Positions 1 through 12,422 of a stretch of DNA of 64,000 nucleotides are shown in pieces. Origin of the DNA: Mustelus asterias (lineage: Eukaryota); assembly GCF_964213995.1 (NCBI RefSeq), contig NW_027590123.1:1426001-1490000 (forward strand), read 5' to 3'. A program made the translations under genes and the position numbers. Below the pieces are notes generated by a model that did not search any database, was not told where the DNA came from, and saw nothing but the letters and a program-made list of their open reading frames with translations. The stretch's first letter is position 1, and every line of letters begins with the position of its first letter.

Positions 1-183
1 CATCAGCTCCAGAGGACGATTGCTCAAGAACACAAAAAGCTCAGCGATAAAGAGGTCGACGGCTTCATTCATCAGCGATTGACCGAGAGCACGATACCTT
101 TCTCCTAAACCACACGCACACATGCATGCACGCACACACCCACGCACGCACACTTGCTCAATAATGCTCCGGCCACCTCATTT

Positions 184-255
184 TCCTTGTTGGTCTAGTC
201 GTTAGAATTCGCCGCCTTCAGTGCCATCGTCTGGGTTCAATTCCCGGTCAGGGAA
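184..255 (+). pseudogene. tRNA-Glu(TTC) pseudogene
   Basis: Colinear with vertebrate tRNA-Glu (TCCCTGGTGGTCTAGT...GGTTCGATTCCCGGTCAGGGAA); many stem mismatches. Confidence 0.8.
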
Positions 256-420
256 TGATGATTCATTGCTCTCGTGCACCACATGAATTAAGGAGAGTGG
301 GTATTACTTCCTGATCCAAAACGGGAGCGATACTTGTGGCAGGTTGAACAGCAGGGAGGAAAAACCTGCCCCAATCCACAATCCTGTCAATTACCCACAA
401 CAATTAATATTTACATTAAG

Positions 421-584
421 AAGTCTCACAACACCGGATCGATTTGGAATCAAGAGCTTTTGGGGCGCTAATAAAATGAAGCAAATTTATTTTATCGGAA
501 CAATTGAACGAGTTGGACTATAACATGATGCTGTGAGTCTTCTTATTGTGCCCATCCCAGTCCAACGTCCGTATCTCGACATCA
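421..584. mobile_element. Degenerate head-to-head pair of Penelope-like termini
   Basis: aagtctcacaacacc... followed by gttggactataac...cccagtccaacg...acatca; paralogs at ~10920-11085 and ~56140-56305. Confidence 0.55.
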
Positions 585-886
585 TATTTACATTGCAATT
601 GCTGGCACCCCCTGTCAAAATGAGTGAGCTACCTTCTGCTGCATTAAATTTCACTGTAGCTCACCACATTCAAAGAGTAATGTTTGTTATAAACCTTATT
701 GTAGTAAATCTGTTGAAACGATTCAGCTTATCACAGCTCCGCTTTCATCACACTGGAAGCAAATGTGAAAATATGAACAACTTCAAAGCTGAACAACGTG
801 CACAAGATTGGAAGGTGAGTGCAACCGTGAGTAATTGGCACTGTGCATATTCCTGTATTCAGTTTCTGGGAGAATCAGGAAGATGA

Positions 887-1037
887 AATTCTGGTGGTCC
901 AGTGGTTAGGATTCATAGAACATAGAACATAGAACATTACAGCGCAGAACAGGCCCTTCGGCCCACGATGTTGCACCGACCAGTTAAAAAAAAAAACGTT
1001 TTCAGAGTCATAGATCGGCTTCGATATGCTAAGATTT
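887..1037 (+). pseudogene. tRNA-Glu relic interrupted by a short LINE-tail insertion (~914-996)
   Basis: ctggtggtccagtggttaggattc head; the uninterrupted paralog at ~11388-11459 lacks the insert. Confidence 0.6.
914..996 (-). mobile_element. Very short CR1-type LINE 3' end
   Basis: Minus strand reads ...gggccgaagggcctgttctgcgctgtaatg(ttctatg)n, a CR1-type 3' stem-loop plus microsatellite tail. Confidence 0.7.
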
Positions 1038-1467
1038 AAAGTTTTTCATAATCCGTTCAACAAACCTGAATTGCTTCCTGATCGAAAACAGCTCTGTCAG
1101 AAGCAGTGCAGTTAGATCTATAATTCTGTGTCTGAATTGGAAATGTCACACGGGCAACAGTTTAAGAATAAACACAGATAGTGAACGGCCGTGATAGGCT
1201 GCAAAGCGCTGCCAATAGAGATGGGGATACAAATCTGTATGACAATGGGGTAGATTTTATCGATTAGGTTGACACAAATATCTCCTCGACCTGGATCCAA
1301 ATCTCAGCCAAATCACAAGAAAACATCTCGCTAACTTAAACACGAAGCTCTCCGACTTCACTCAGAAACCAGTAACTCTGAGACAAAGCGGGATGCAGTC
1401 TGACCACTCGATCCCCCTCCACACTTAATAAGAATATGCTGGATCCCGTGAACCAGCTTGCGACTGA

Positions 1468-1539
1468 GGGGGTGTAGCTCAGCGGTAGCGCATTTGACTG
1501 TAGATCAAGAGGTCCTCTGTTCAAATCCGAATGCACTCT
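1468..1539 (+). pseudogene. tRNA-Cys body with anticodon mutated to GTA
   Basis: GGGGGTGTAGCTCAGCGGTAG...TTGACT-GTA-GATCAA; acceptor and T stems mismatched; paralog 11895 has GCA. Confidence 0.8.
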
Positions 1540-2176
1540 TCCTTGTCAAGCTGATCCTTTTTTTTTCAATTGGAACTGTCTTCCATTGGCTGCACAGCGC
1601 GTTGTGACGTCCAGCAACCGGGAAAGGCGCGACATAAATACAAGTCGGTCTTTCATTAATTATCTTTAATCCCAATCCTTTGGTTACTGACCCTCGTCAG
1701 TGGAAACAGTGTGTCCCTATCTGCTCTATCAAACAGCCCTTTTCCATGTGCACTATCTGCTCTAAATCTCAGGACTTTGCAATTATAAAAACAGCATTCT
1801 GGTGAAAGTTTAACTCAGTCCTCATTCCACTGATCTTTGCCGACTTGCTGTGTATTTTCCTTATTGAACACATTTCAGGTTGCGACAGACGGATTCCTGA
1901 GAAATCTGAGAAAGAAGGGGAGTGTTCAGGAAAATGGAAACCCAAGATAAAACATGGGTTAAAGTTTCGAGTTCAGTTATTGAGTTTAATAATATTTGAA
2001 ATATATAAATTGTTACAAATAAGATGTTGGAGATAAATGTTCAATAAACTAACGTCGGCTAACAGTAGAGGCAGAAACACACGATAAGTTTTTTTTTAGT
2101 GTTGCCCAAGGACTCAGTGACACTCAAAAACCGAGAGACAATGAAAGCAGATGGAGAGAAAAAAAAGTGAAAGCCC

Positions 2177-2250
2177 CGTCCCTAGATGGTCTCGAACCAT
2201 CAACTTTTCGGTTAACAGCCGAACGCGCTAACCAATTGCGCCACAGACAC
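2177..2250 (-). tRNA. tRNA-Asn(GTT), variant and possibly impaired
   Basis: Near-canonical 74-nt Asn; G3:G70 acceptor mismatch; T stem GATGG/CCATC paired. Confidence 0.75.
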
Positions 2251-3066
2251 TGACGAAAATGAAGCTTACATGGCATCCTAAATCAGGGTGACAGCGTGTT
2301 GGCTGCAAGTTAGACGCCAATTCAATTTTCACCAAACCTGACACAGAAAGACCAAATGATGGCATCGTTTACAAATCTAAACATGTATATTTTATTATTT
2401 TACCCCACAGTGTTGTTGTGGTGTAATGGTTCATCCCTTCTAACATGGAAAACAGCCATTTGATAGAGCAGGGAGGGACAGACTGTTCCCACTGACTGGG
2501 CTCAGTAACAGAGGACGAGGATTGAAGATCATGAAATATTTGCATTTATATAGAACCTATCCCGACCAGCGGACGTCACAAAGCACTTTCCAGTCAATGA
2601 AGGGCAGTACCTTAATTAACATGTTTTACTTGTTTCCTTAAAGTTCTTGGTTATTTGAATAAAATAGCTTCTTATGGCTGATCTTGGGGTACAACTCAGT
2701 TTTTCACCAGCTCCCCATATCCCTGAATTCCCCGAGAGGCCAGAAACCTGTCTATCCCAACCTTAAATGTATTCGATGATGGAGCTTCCATAACTGTCTG
2801 GCATAGGGAATTTCAAAGATTCACAACCATTTCAGTGAAGTAATTTCGCCTTATCTTAGGCCGAAATGATCAGCCCATTTTCCTGAGACTGTACTGCCGT
2901 GGGTTAGATTTCCCGACAAGCAGAAGAAATCTCTCAGCCTCCACCCTGTCAAACCCAATCAGACTTGTGTAGGTTTAATGAAATCGCCTCTCATTCCTCC
3001 AAACTCCAGAGACTTTCAGCCCAATTCACTCAGCCTCTCATCATACGACAACTCCCTCATCCCAGG

Positions 3067-4636
3067 GATAAATCTCCGGGCCCAGATGGGCTACATCCTA
3101 GAGTTCTAAAGGAGATAGCTGAAGAAATAGTGGAGGCGTTAGTTATGATCTTTCAAAAGTCACTGGAGTCAGGGAAAGTCCCAGAGGATTGGAAAATCGC
3201 TGTTGTAACCCCACTGTTCAAGAAGGGAACAAGAAAAAAGATGGAAAATTATAGGCCAATTAGCCTAACCTCAGTTGTTGGCAAAATTCTAGAATCCATC
3301 GTTAAGGATGAGATTTCTAAATTCTTGGAAGTGCAGGGTCGGATTAAGACAAGTCAGCATGGATTTAGTAAGGGGAGGTCGTGCCTGACAAACCTGTTAG
3401 AGTTCTTTGAAGAGATAACAAATAGGTTAGACCAAGGAGAGCCAATGGATGTTATCTATCTTGACTTCCAAAAGGCCTTTGACAAGGTGCCTCACGGGAG
3501 ACTGCTGAGTAAAATAAGGGCCCATGGTATTCGAGGCAAGGTACTAACATGGATTGACGATTGGCTGTCAGACAGAAGGCAGAGAGTTGGGATAAAAGGT
3601 TCTTTCTCAGAATGGCAACCGGTGACAAGTGGTGTCCCGCAGGGTTCAGTGTTGGGGCCACAGCTGTTCTCTTTATATATTAACGATCTAGATGACGGGA
3701 CTGGGAGCATTCTGGCCAAGTTTGCCGATGATACAAAGATAGGTGGAGGGGCAGGTAGTATTGAGGAGGTGGGGAGGCTGCAGAAAGATTTAGACAGTTT
3801 AGGAGAGTGGTCCAAGAAGTGGCTGATGAAATTCAACGTGGGCAAGTGCGAGGTCGTACACTTTGGAAAAAAGAATAGAGGCATGGACTATTTTCTAAAC
3901 GGTGACAAAATTCATAATGCTAAAGTGCAAAGGGACTTGGGAGTCCTAGTCCAGGATTCTCTAAAGGTAAACTTGCAGGTTGAGTCCGTAATTAAGAAAG
4001 CAAATGTAATGTCATTTATCTCAAGAGGCTTGGAATACAAAAGCAGGGATGTACTTCTGAGGCTTTATAAAGCACTGGTTAGGCCCCATTTGGAGTACTG
4101 TGAGCAATTTTGGGCCCCACACCTCAGGAAGGACATACTGGCACTGGAGCGGGTCCAGCGGAGATTCACACGGATGATCCCAGGAATGGTAGGCCTGACA
4201 TACGATGAACGTCTGAGGATCATGGGATTATATTCATTGGAGTTTAGGAGGTTGAGGGGAGATCTGATAGAAACTTACAAGATAATGAACGGCTTAGATA
4301 GGATGGACGTAGGGAAGTTGTTTCCATTAACAGGGGAGACTAGGACGCGGGGGCACAGCCTTAGAATAAAATGGAGTCACTTTAGAACAGAGATGAGGAG
4401 AAATTTCTTCAGCCAGAGAGTGGTGGGTCTGTGGAATTCATTGCCACAGAGGGCTGTGGAGGCCGAGACGTTGAGCGTCTTCAAGACAGAAATTGATAAA
4501 TTCTTGATTTCTCGAGGAATTAAGGGCTATGGGGAGAGAGCGGGTAAATGGAGTTGAAATCAACCATGATTGAATGGTGGAGTGGACTCGATGGGCCGAA
4601 TGGCCTTACTTCCGCTCCTATGTCTTATGGTCTTAT
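3067..4636 (+). mobile_element. Young 5'-truncated CR1 LINE (ORF2 RT half open to stop at 4557, plus 3'UTR)
   Basis: KSPGPDG, NYRPISLTS, DFQKAFDKV, GVPQGSVLGP, KFADD; tail tatgtcttatggtcttat; empty site at ~24851. Confidence 0.95.
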
Positions 4637-5069
4637 CATCTGCTGAACCCTATCTGCACCGTTTCCAATGCAAATAAACCCTTTATTAAATGTGAATATC
4701 ATATCTGCACAGAATATTCAACATGTGGTCTCAACAAAACTCTGTGCAACTGCAGCAACACCTCGTTATACTTGGACTCCAGTCTGCCGTCAATAAAGAC
4801 TAAAATGCAAGTTTCCTTCCAATCATTGCCTGCACCTCCATGCCAGCTTTATGCATTCCTTGTACAAATGCATCTATTCTATTCTCAAAATCGACACGAA
4901 CCTATTTTAGCTCTTCAAATATGTCCTGCTCTTTCGATTTTTTTACGAAGAAGGACATATCTTTTCGCTTTCCAAAATCACACCCGATCTGAACCTCGAC
5001 TTATCTCTTGTTTGACTTTTAGACTCTCTTCCCTTTTCCTACAGCTTCTATCAGCTAAACTTTGCCCGT

Positions 5070-5142
5070 AGGCTCCAGCGAGAATTGAACTCGCGACCCC
5101 TGGTTGACAAGACCAGTGCTCTAACCACTGAGCTATGGAGCC
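5070..5142 (-). tRNA. tRNA-Thr(TGT) with C at position 37
   Basis: All stems paired; matches vertebrate Thr-TGT except A37C and one acceptor change that improves pairing. Confidence 0.85.
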
Positions 5143-5486
5143 AAACGCTGCAAGGAGCTGCCACTAAGTGCAGCATTATCCGTGGATTGAGGACCAGGAT
5201 GGGGTTTGAGGACGGAGATTTTTGATGAATGTGGAAATGTCTGAGGTGGAGAGCCGGAAGTTAAAAGACAGAAGTTGAAAGTGACATGATTTGACATGTG
5301 TATTGTGTATGTACTTGACATGTATGTTGTGTGTGACATGTGGTTCTTCTTCAGAGTTTATCGTTAATGTTACATCTCTGATTTTTCCAGCTCTGATACA
5401 AGTTCATCCAGCTGGAAGATTTAGCTTGTTGTTCCCTTCACGGACGCTGTTTTTATTGAATGAAGAAATGAACAAAAATTTATTCA

Positions 5487-5548
5487 CTCCGAGACTGGGA
5501 ATCGAAACCGCGTCACGGCGCCGACGCTGATCACTGGACCCTCAGTGA
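5487..5548 (-). pseudogene. tRNA-Glu relic lacking the anticodon loop
   Basis: B-box complement gggaatcgaaacc retained; ~9 nt missing around the anticodon. Confidence 0.6.
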
Positions 5549-5811
5549 CGCTGATGTGACAAATATGGAGTGAGTTGATCATCTCTGCACCCATTGCTTC
5601 ATTTCCAATAACTTTCAATTTAAAAAAAGTCACAATGAGGAATGACGGGAAGCGCACATGATAGGATTTGAACCTCAGTTAGAAAATCCCAATCCATCCC
5701 CTGGGCCGGGACTGCAGTCTCAATGTTTGCAATCCTGCTGTTTATTTCGACAGACGGCCATTCAACCGGTGTTCCCGTTTGTATTCTCCATCGGAGCAGC
5801 TCCACTCCTCC

Positions 5812-5945
5812 CAGCTTTGACAAAGGGTCATCTGGTCTCGAAATGTCAGCTTTCTTCACTCCTTACAGATGCTGCCAGACCTGGTGAGATTTTCCAGCAT
5901 TTTCTCTTTTTGTTTCCGATTCCAGAATCCACGATAATTTGCTCC
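5812..5945 (+). mobile_element. Half of a palindromic Penelope-type repeat (family B)
   Basis: tgacaaagggtcatctggtctcgaaa...cagatgctgccagacctggtgagattttccagcatt; paralog ~26011-26140. Confidence 0.55.
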
Positions 5946-7334
5946 AGTCCTTCCACACTCGTTCCTTTACCTCAACACCTGTTTACATTGCTCTGTCGCT
6001 CCTCTTTCTTCATGCCAAAAACGACACGGCACAAACTCTTGCATTCAATCTGAAATGCTGGACTTCAACTGCAGGGACCAAAACTCAAACCCATTCTGGC
6101 AGTGGCTGCAGTCGAACACAACAACTCCGTAGAGACTGGACCTTCAGCCACTGGCTTAGATTACTCAGCTACGTTACCACGTAAGCAGCTGTGTCCGTAA
6201 CTTGTATCGTTATTGAAATTAGCAGCAATGGAGCTGCGACAGTCCATCAGTCGGCTTGAGCCTGCTCCTTTACTGAATCAATTGATCCTGAACTCTGTAA
6301 CAAGCAGGAATCACATCCAGTCAGAAACAGAATGAGCTGCAGTGAAGGACCAGCATCATTTAAACTGCCCTTAACCTTGTCTGGTTCCCACTATCCTGCC
6401 AGAAATGACAAGAAAAAACCTCCTGTTGAATTTGCTCAGTCTTCACTTCAGGACATGAGGCGAGATTGTGTTTTATATGTTCCACAAGGCAATAACTGAC
6501 ATTTGTTTTTACGGTTTGGATGAGAGCAACAAATGTCCATTACCTGACCACCAATCCAAACAGCAGTGAAAGTGTCAAACTCTGACTACCAGACCAGCTG
6601 CTTTTCGCCTGTTTTACAACTTGCTTTACACACACTGCATGTATTGCTTTATTTTTCGCGCCAGGCCAGACTACATTCACCACAAGCAAGTCTCTGTTGC
6701 AATATGGCACCTTCTGTTTCCATCCCAGTGAAACATTCAATCAGTGACAACATACAACAGACATTCCACTTACAGTTATTAATTCCACTTTCGACTGTTT
6801 GAAACGAGAGAGAACCTTTTCCAAATATTTTCGTCGCAGAGTGAGGGGAAAGGTGAATAATTCAGTGTGAACGCCAAAATCTGACCTTTTTACCATCCAA
6901 ATGTTACCTTCCATCACCATCTCAATTGTCAGCGCTTTGCAGCCTACCACTATCTTTCTGCTACTGTGTTTGTTCTTGACTGTTGCACATGTGACATTTC
7001 CAGCTGTGATGTAGACTTGCAAAACTCACTCGGCTGATATTAGTAGATCTGCTTTCGATCAGATAGTCAATCAGGTTATTTTTTAATAGTTTGCTGAGAC
7101 CTATAAATGATCGTTTCCTGAGCGGGAATTGAAAACAAACAACACTGGGGAGTACTGGACTCCCAGGGTCACGGGTGAACTGTGTTTTTCAAAATGACTT
7201 ACCATATATCCCTTAATGTGCCCAGTTTGGGTGGAACATAAGGGACTGCTTCATCTAATGACAACACCAATTGTGCTTGCTGGGACATGAAATCGACAGT
7301 GAGGTGAAATAGTCCCACAATATGCTGAAGTGAT

Positions 7335-7705
7335 CGTGGTATATAAAATTCTAAATAGGATTGAAGAATGTAAAATCTTTTTTCTTATGCGCAATCGGGA
7401 ACACCATGTCAAATGTATAGGTTGAGAGGTGGTAGATTTAAAACTGAGATGAGGAGGAACTGCTTCTCACTGAGGGTCATGAATTTGTGGAATGCATTGC
7501 CCCATAGCACGGTTGAGTCTGAATCATTAAATGATTTCAAGAAAGAGACAGATTTATTCCTGATAAGTCAAGGGATGAGGGGATATTGGAACAGGTAGGG
7601 AGGTGGATTTGAGAACAGGGAGAGATCAATCATGAACTGATTGCATGGCGGTTCAGGCTCGAAGGGGTGAATTTGCCCACTTCTGCTCCTAATTCTATGT
7701 TCCTA
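7335..7705 (+). mobile_element. Old CR1 3' fragment
   Basis: FKTEMRRNCFSLRVMNLWNALP and CR1 3'UTR; same insertion in paralog ~50395-50895. Confidence 0.8.
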
Positions 7706-8147
7706 AGTGTAACTTTCAATTTTCAAAACCCACCAACTCATCACTGTGGCTCCAATGTAATCTACGTACATTACATCCACAGGTTCCCCTTCATCCTCAC
7801 CACAACTGCGTCCTGTAAGGGACTGAGGAATGGCCCCATTCTGTGGTTTAATTACTTTAAATTTCTTTGTTTCCCTCATTTAATCTCTCCTGATTTACAC
7901 CCGCAAGAGGCCACAAACCTTCTTGTTATGCTGCTGGATAACACTTGTTTAAAACTGCTTACATTTCTAGAAATTCCCAGTTCTTCCCAATGAAAGGTTA
8001 TGGTGCTAAAATATAAGATGTGTTTTCCTGTGCACACAAGCTGTCTGGCTTTCTGAGTTTTTCCAGCATTTTCACCTTTCACTGCAGAGGTCTGAGCAGC
8101 TTTGGATGTCAATGGAAATATTTTTATTGAACAACATCCTCAGCAGC

Positions 8148-8238
8148 GGCTCGTTGGACGAGTGGTATTACTCGGGCCTGGGGAGTAAACAACCACAAAC
8201 GTGTGAGCGATCTCGGGTTCACAAGTCGGGCTAGATCC
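8148..8238 (+). pseudogene. Highly degenerate intron-length tRNA-Pro relic
   Basis: cagcagc-GGCTCGTTGG head, ~90 nt span, flanks similar to those of the Pro copies at 20481 and 33620. Confidence 0.55.
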
Positions 8239-9065
8239 CTCAATCAGCTGTTGTTTCGTATTGCACAAGTCATAGGTTTTATAAATGTATTTGCAGTGCA
8301 AACGTTGGGATTGGTTTAGGTGGGATTTGGTTTGAGAACCTGATCACACAGTGCAGGCAATCTATCAACACAACACTCACACAAGAAAATCAAGACATTA
8401 AAAGGTTAATATGCTTGTGGCCATTCACTTTATCTCTGGTCACCAGTTTAGAGGACCCCATGTTTGTTGGTTGAGACAGCTGGCTGTGTGTCTATTGTTA
8501 TTCATTCGTGGGTTGTGGATGTGTACCGCACTCGCTATTTCTGGTTTTCATTGTCTCTATATATCTCCCTCAGACTCTCTGTCTATGTTTTTATTACGTT
8601 GACATCTTTTGCTCCTTGCTCTGTCCATTATGTCGCTGTCTGTGTGTAACCGAGGTTCACTGGATTGATTTCTCCGTTTCTCCTGGGAGGAGAGAATCAG
8701 TGGGATGAGTCTGTTCGCTCTGGAGTTTAGAATTATCAGAGTTGATCTTACTGAAAAGTCGGAAACTGGGAAACAGTTTAACAGTGTAAATGTTGAGTTC
8801 CCCCCACCCCTGGCTAAATTATTAAGAACAAAGAATAATAAGGTGAATGATGTAAGAGGAGTTTGGAATATTTGGGAGAGGTGAAGCTAAGAATTGGAAG
8901 ATGTGAATAATGTAATTAATGATTCAGAGGAATGGATAGGAACTTTGGGGATTCTGTCGGTGGATTCATTGTAAACTTTGAAATCAGAACAAGCTGACAC
9001 ACCAGATGAAAAATCCATAGTTGTCTCCATGCATTTTAGGTTATGGAAATGATTTGAATGCATGT

Positions 9066-9138
9066 GCCCGGCTCGCTCAGTCGGTAGAGCATGAGACTCT
9101 TAATCTCAGGGTCGTGGGTTCGAGCCCCACGTTGGGCG
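9066..9138 (+). tRNA. tRNA-Lys(CTT)
   Basis: Identical to canonical vertebrate Lys-CTT except A9C. Confidence 0.92.
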
Positions 9139-9819
9139 ACATTGGTTTCAAAATCTGCCTCATTCCTGGGCGAATTCACGATCTCCGTTCCTCCTGAAGT
9201 GTCACCGCTCAAACTGAGTCTTTCTCCTTTCTGCGTTGTTTATCTCACAGTTGTGGGTTTGTGACTGAAAACTGCCTCCGGTTCACTGGAAGGCGGGGAG
9301 TTTAGCGCTGAACTCCGAGCGAGGTTTTGTTCTCATTTATTATGAGATTCAAACCCAGATCTGCGAGATTGTCAGTGGGAACAATAATCATCTCCATTGT
9401 AATTCAATCACTCCAGCCTTCCATCCGATCAAAATACCGTTTGTTCTTTCCTCCTCTCCCTCTCTATTTTCCTTGACTCTGTACTTGTTTGAAAATCATT
9501 AAATCACTACTTTTTTCCAGTTAGGGTCAAAGGTCAGCAACCTGAATCATTCACTCTCTTTCCCTCTCCACAGAAGCTCTTGAAGCCGATGAGTCCTTCC
9601 AACATTTTCTGTTTTGAGGTGGGATACGGAGCAACTACAAAACCTAGGTTTGGATCACAGTGGTTCACTTTTCTCTGACTGAATCTTACCTGTTTGAACT
9701 GTTGAAAGGTTGAGGTTTTAAATAATAAGACACTGGAATATATCACCCTGTTTCACATGAAATGAAACAAAATGAGAATTAATCATTTCATAAAATGCTG
9801 CTAATGCAATATATATTTT

Positions 9820-10128
9820 GTTGTCAATGCCAGCATTTGTTTTCCATCCCTATTTCCCTCTGAACTGGGTATTTTGGGCCATTTCAGAGGGCAGTTAAGA
9901 GTCAATCACATTGCCTTTCCTCTGGAGTCCCATGGAGGCCAGAAAGGAGAATGATGGCAGATTTCCTTCTGCAAGATGTGTTTTCATGACAATCAGGAAA
10001 CAAAGCTTCATTACGGAGACGAGCTTTCAATTCCGTTTCAGTTCTAGACTGCTTTGGGATCGTGACCTGTGAGCCTGGGTCACAGGATTCATACTCCACT
10101 GATTTTACCACTATGTCACCATCTTCCC
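9820..10128 (-). mobile_element. Deu-domain SINE (SacSINE1-like), degenerate
   Basis: Minus strand has tRNA-like head, gaaggaaatctgcc, gcaatgtgattgactcttaactgccctc, aaatgctggc. Confidence 0.7.
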
Positions 10129-10299
10129 GGAAGAGTGTAAGTTTAAATGCTTCACATGGAATCAAACTACTTAATTTCACATTGAAAACAAACATTTAAA
10201 GCAGTGTACTGTGGAAATCAGTGTCGTACACTCAGGATACCGGGGAATTGACGCGATATCTATTGCTTTCATTTAAAGACAGAAAAATGTGGTGAATCC

Positions 10300-10392
10300 T
10301 CAGCATGAGTGATGAAGGAGCTGTGCTCCGAAAGCTCGTGATTTCAAACAAACCTCTTGCACTTTAACTTGGTGTTGTGCGAATTCTTACCA
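10300..10392 (+). mobile_element. Penelope-like terminus with hammerhead-like motif (C3 mutated)
   Basis: gtgatga-a-ggagc-tgt-gctcc-gaaa-gctc-gtg followed by ...ctttaacttggtgttgtg. Confidence 0.65.
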
Positions 10393-10682
10393 GGTACTGA
10401 AGGGCATTTCATTTGCAATTCGCAAAAAGATTATTTTTATAAAATTAACAGCTTTCAGCAAATCGCACCGCAATCACGTTGCAGACGGTGCAGTGAGTTA
10501 CTCTCCTCGCCTCATTGCATCAGCTCCAGAGGACGATTTCTCAAGAACACAAAAAGCTCAGCGATAACGAGGTCGGAGGCTTCATTCATCAGGGATTACC
10601 TGAGAGCACGTGACCTTTCTCCCAAATCACACACGCACACACACGCCCACAATTGCTCAATAATGCTCAGGTCACTTCAATT

Positions 10683-10754
10683 TCCGTGTTGGTTTCGTCG
10701 ATAGAATTCGCTGCTTTCACTGCCACGGTTTGGGTTCGATTCGCGGATAGGGAA
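10683..10754 (+). pseudogene. tRNA-Glu(TTC) pseudogene
   Basis: Paralog of 184-255; A box damaged. Confidence 0.75.
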
Positions 10755-11387
10755 TGATGATTCATTGCTCTCGTGCAACACATGAATTAAGGAGAGTGGA
10801 TGTTGCTTCCTGGTCGAAAACGGGAGAGATACTTGTGGCAGGTTGAACAGGAAGAAGGAAAAATCTGCCCCATTCCACAATCCTGTCAATTACCCACAAC
10901 AATTCATATTTACATTAGGAAGTCTTACAACACCAGGTCTATTTGGATTCAGGAGCTTTCGGGGCGCTGATCAAATAAAGCAAATTGATTTTATTATCGA
11001 AGCAAATGAACGTGTTGGACTTTAACATGATGCTGTGAGACTTCTTATTGTGCCCACCCCAGTCCAACGCCGGTATCTCGACATCATATTTACATTGCAA
11101 TTGCTGGTATCAACTATCAGAATGAGTGAGTTACCTTCTACTGCATTAAATTTCACTGTATCTCACCACATTCAAAGAGTAATGTTTGTTATAAACCTTA
11201 TTGTGGTAAATCTGTTGAAAAACTTCAGCTCATCACTGATCTGCTTTCATCACACTGGAAGCTAATGTGAAAAGATGAATACTTTCAAAGCTGAACAACG
11301 TGTACAAGACTGGAAGGAGAATGCGACTGTGAATAATTGGCACTGTGGAATTCCTGTATTCAGTCTATGGGAGAACCAGGAGAATGA

Positions 11388-11459
11388 AATCCTCGTGGTC
11401 CAGTGCTTCGGATTTGGCGCTTTCAGGGTCATTGATCGGCTTCAATATGCTAAGATTTA
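11388..11459 (+). pseudogene. tRNA-Glu relic
   Basis: gtggtccagtg...ggatttggcgctttca; 3' half decayed. Confidence 0.55.
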
Positions 11460-11894
11460 AAGTTTTTGATAATCCATGTAAGAGACCTGAGTTGTTTCCT
11501 GATCGAAAACAGCTCTGTCCGAAGCAGTGGAGTGAGATCTATATTTGTGTCCGAATTGGAAATGTCACATGGGCAACACTTCAAGAACAAACACAGATCG
11601 TGAAGGACAGTGATAGGCTGCAAAGCGCTGCCAATAGAGATGGGGATACAAGTTCAAATCTGCATGACAAATGGGGTTGATTTTATCGGTTAGATTGACA
11701 CAAACATCTCCTCGTCCTGGATCCAAATCTCAGCCAAATCACAAGAAAACATCTCGCTAACTTAAACGCTGAGCTCTCCGACTTCACTCAGAAACCAGGA
11801 ACTCTGAGACAAAGCGTGATGCAGTCTGACCACTGGAACCCCCTCCACCACTTAATAAGACTATGCTGGATCCCGAGCATCAGTTCACAGCTGA

Positions 11895-11966
11895 GGGGGT
11901 GTAGCTCAGTGGTAGAGCATTTGACTGCAGATCAAACGGCCCTCGGTTCAAATCCGAGTGCCCCCT
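11895..11966 (+). tRNA. tRNA-Cys(GCA)
   Basis: Cloverleaf intact, T stem CTCGG/CCGAG, altered variable loop. Confidence 0.85.
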
Positions 11967-12349
11967 TCCTTGTCTTTGTCTTAGTTTCAATTGTGATTGT
12001 CTTTCTTTGGCTGCAAAGCGCATTGTGACGTCCACCAACCGGGAAAGGCGTCACAGAAATACAATTCGGTCTTTCATAAATTACCTTCAGTCCCAATTTT
12101 TGGTTACTGACAATCGTCAATAGAAACAGTTTGTCCCTTTCTGCTCTATCAAACGGCCCTTTCCCATGTTGGGAGAAGCGGGAAACCCCTAAATCGCTGC
12201 AACACTGTGGGGGGTAAAGTAGTCAAAGGGGTTTGCATTGTATTGTAAACGATGTGTTCATGTTGTAGTTCTCGACTATGTTTTTAAAAAAGAGAATTGG
12301 GGTTGGATATATAACAGCACTCGCTGACACCCTAATATAGTGTGTCTTC

Positions 12350-12422
12350 GTCTTAATTGCGGAATTCGTTATTGCGTTCGACTTTAAGCAAATGGTTGGT
12401 GGCTCAGTACCATCCAGAGGCG
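12350..12422 (+). pseudogene. tRNA-Asn relic
   Basis: gcgttcgac...ggttggtggctc...catccag; upstream flank resembles that of other Asn copies. Confidence 0.5.

Noticed and set aside
533-886. ORFs repeated at 533, 11035, 55959 (also 9902/57028 and 9534/57478)
   Set aside because: Similarity comes from segmental duplication; stops differ and they overlap repeats
2965-3066. N-terminal 34 aa of the 530-aa ORF
   Set aside because: Flanking DNA that happens to be in frame with the truncated CR1; also present at the empty site 24750
3452-3884. Antisense ORFs over CR1, Penelope and pol
   Set aside because: Shadow frames of retroelement coding sequence
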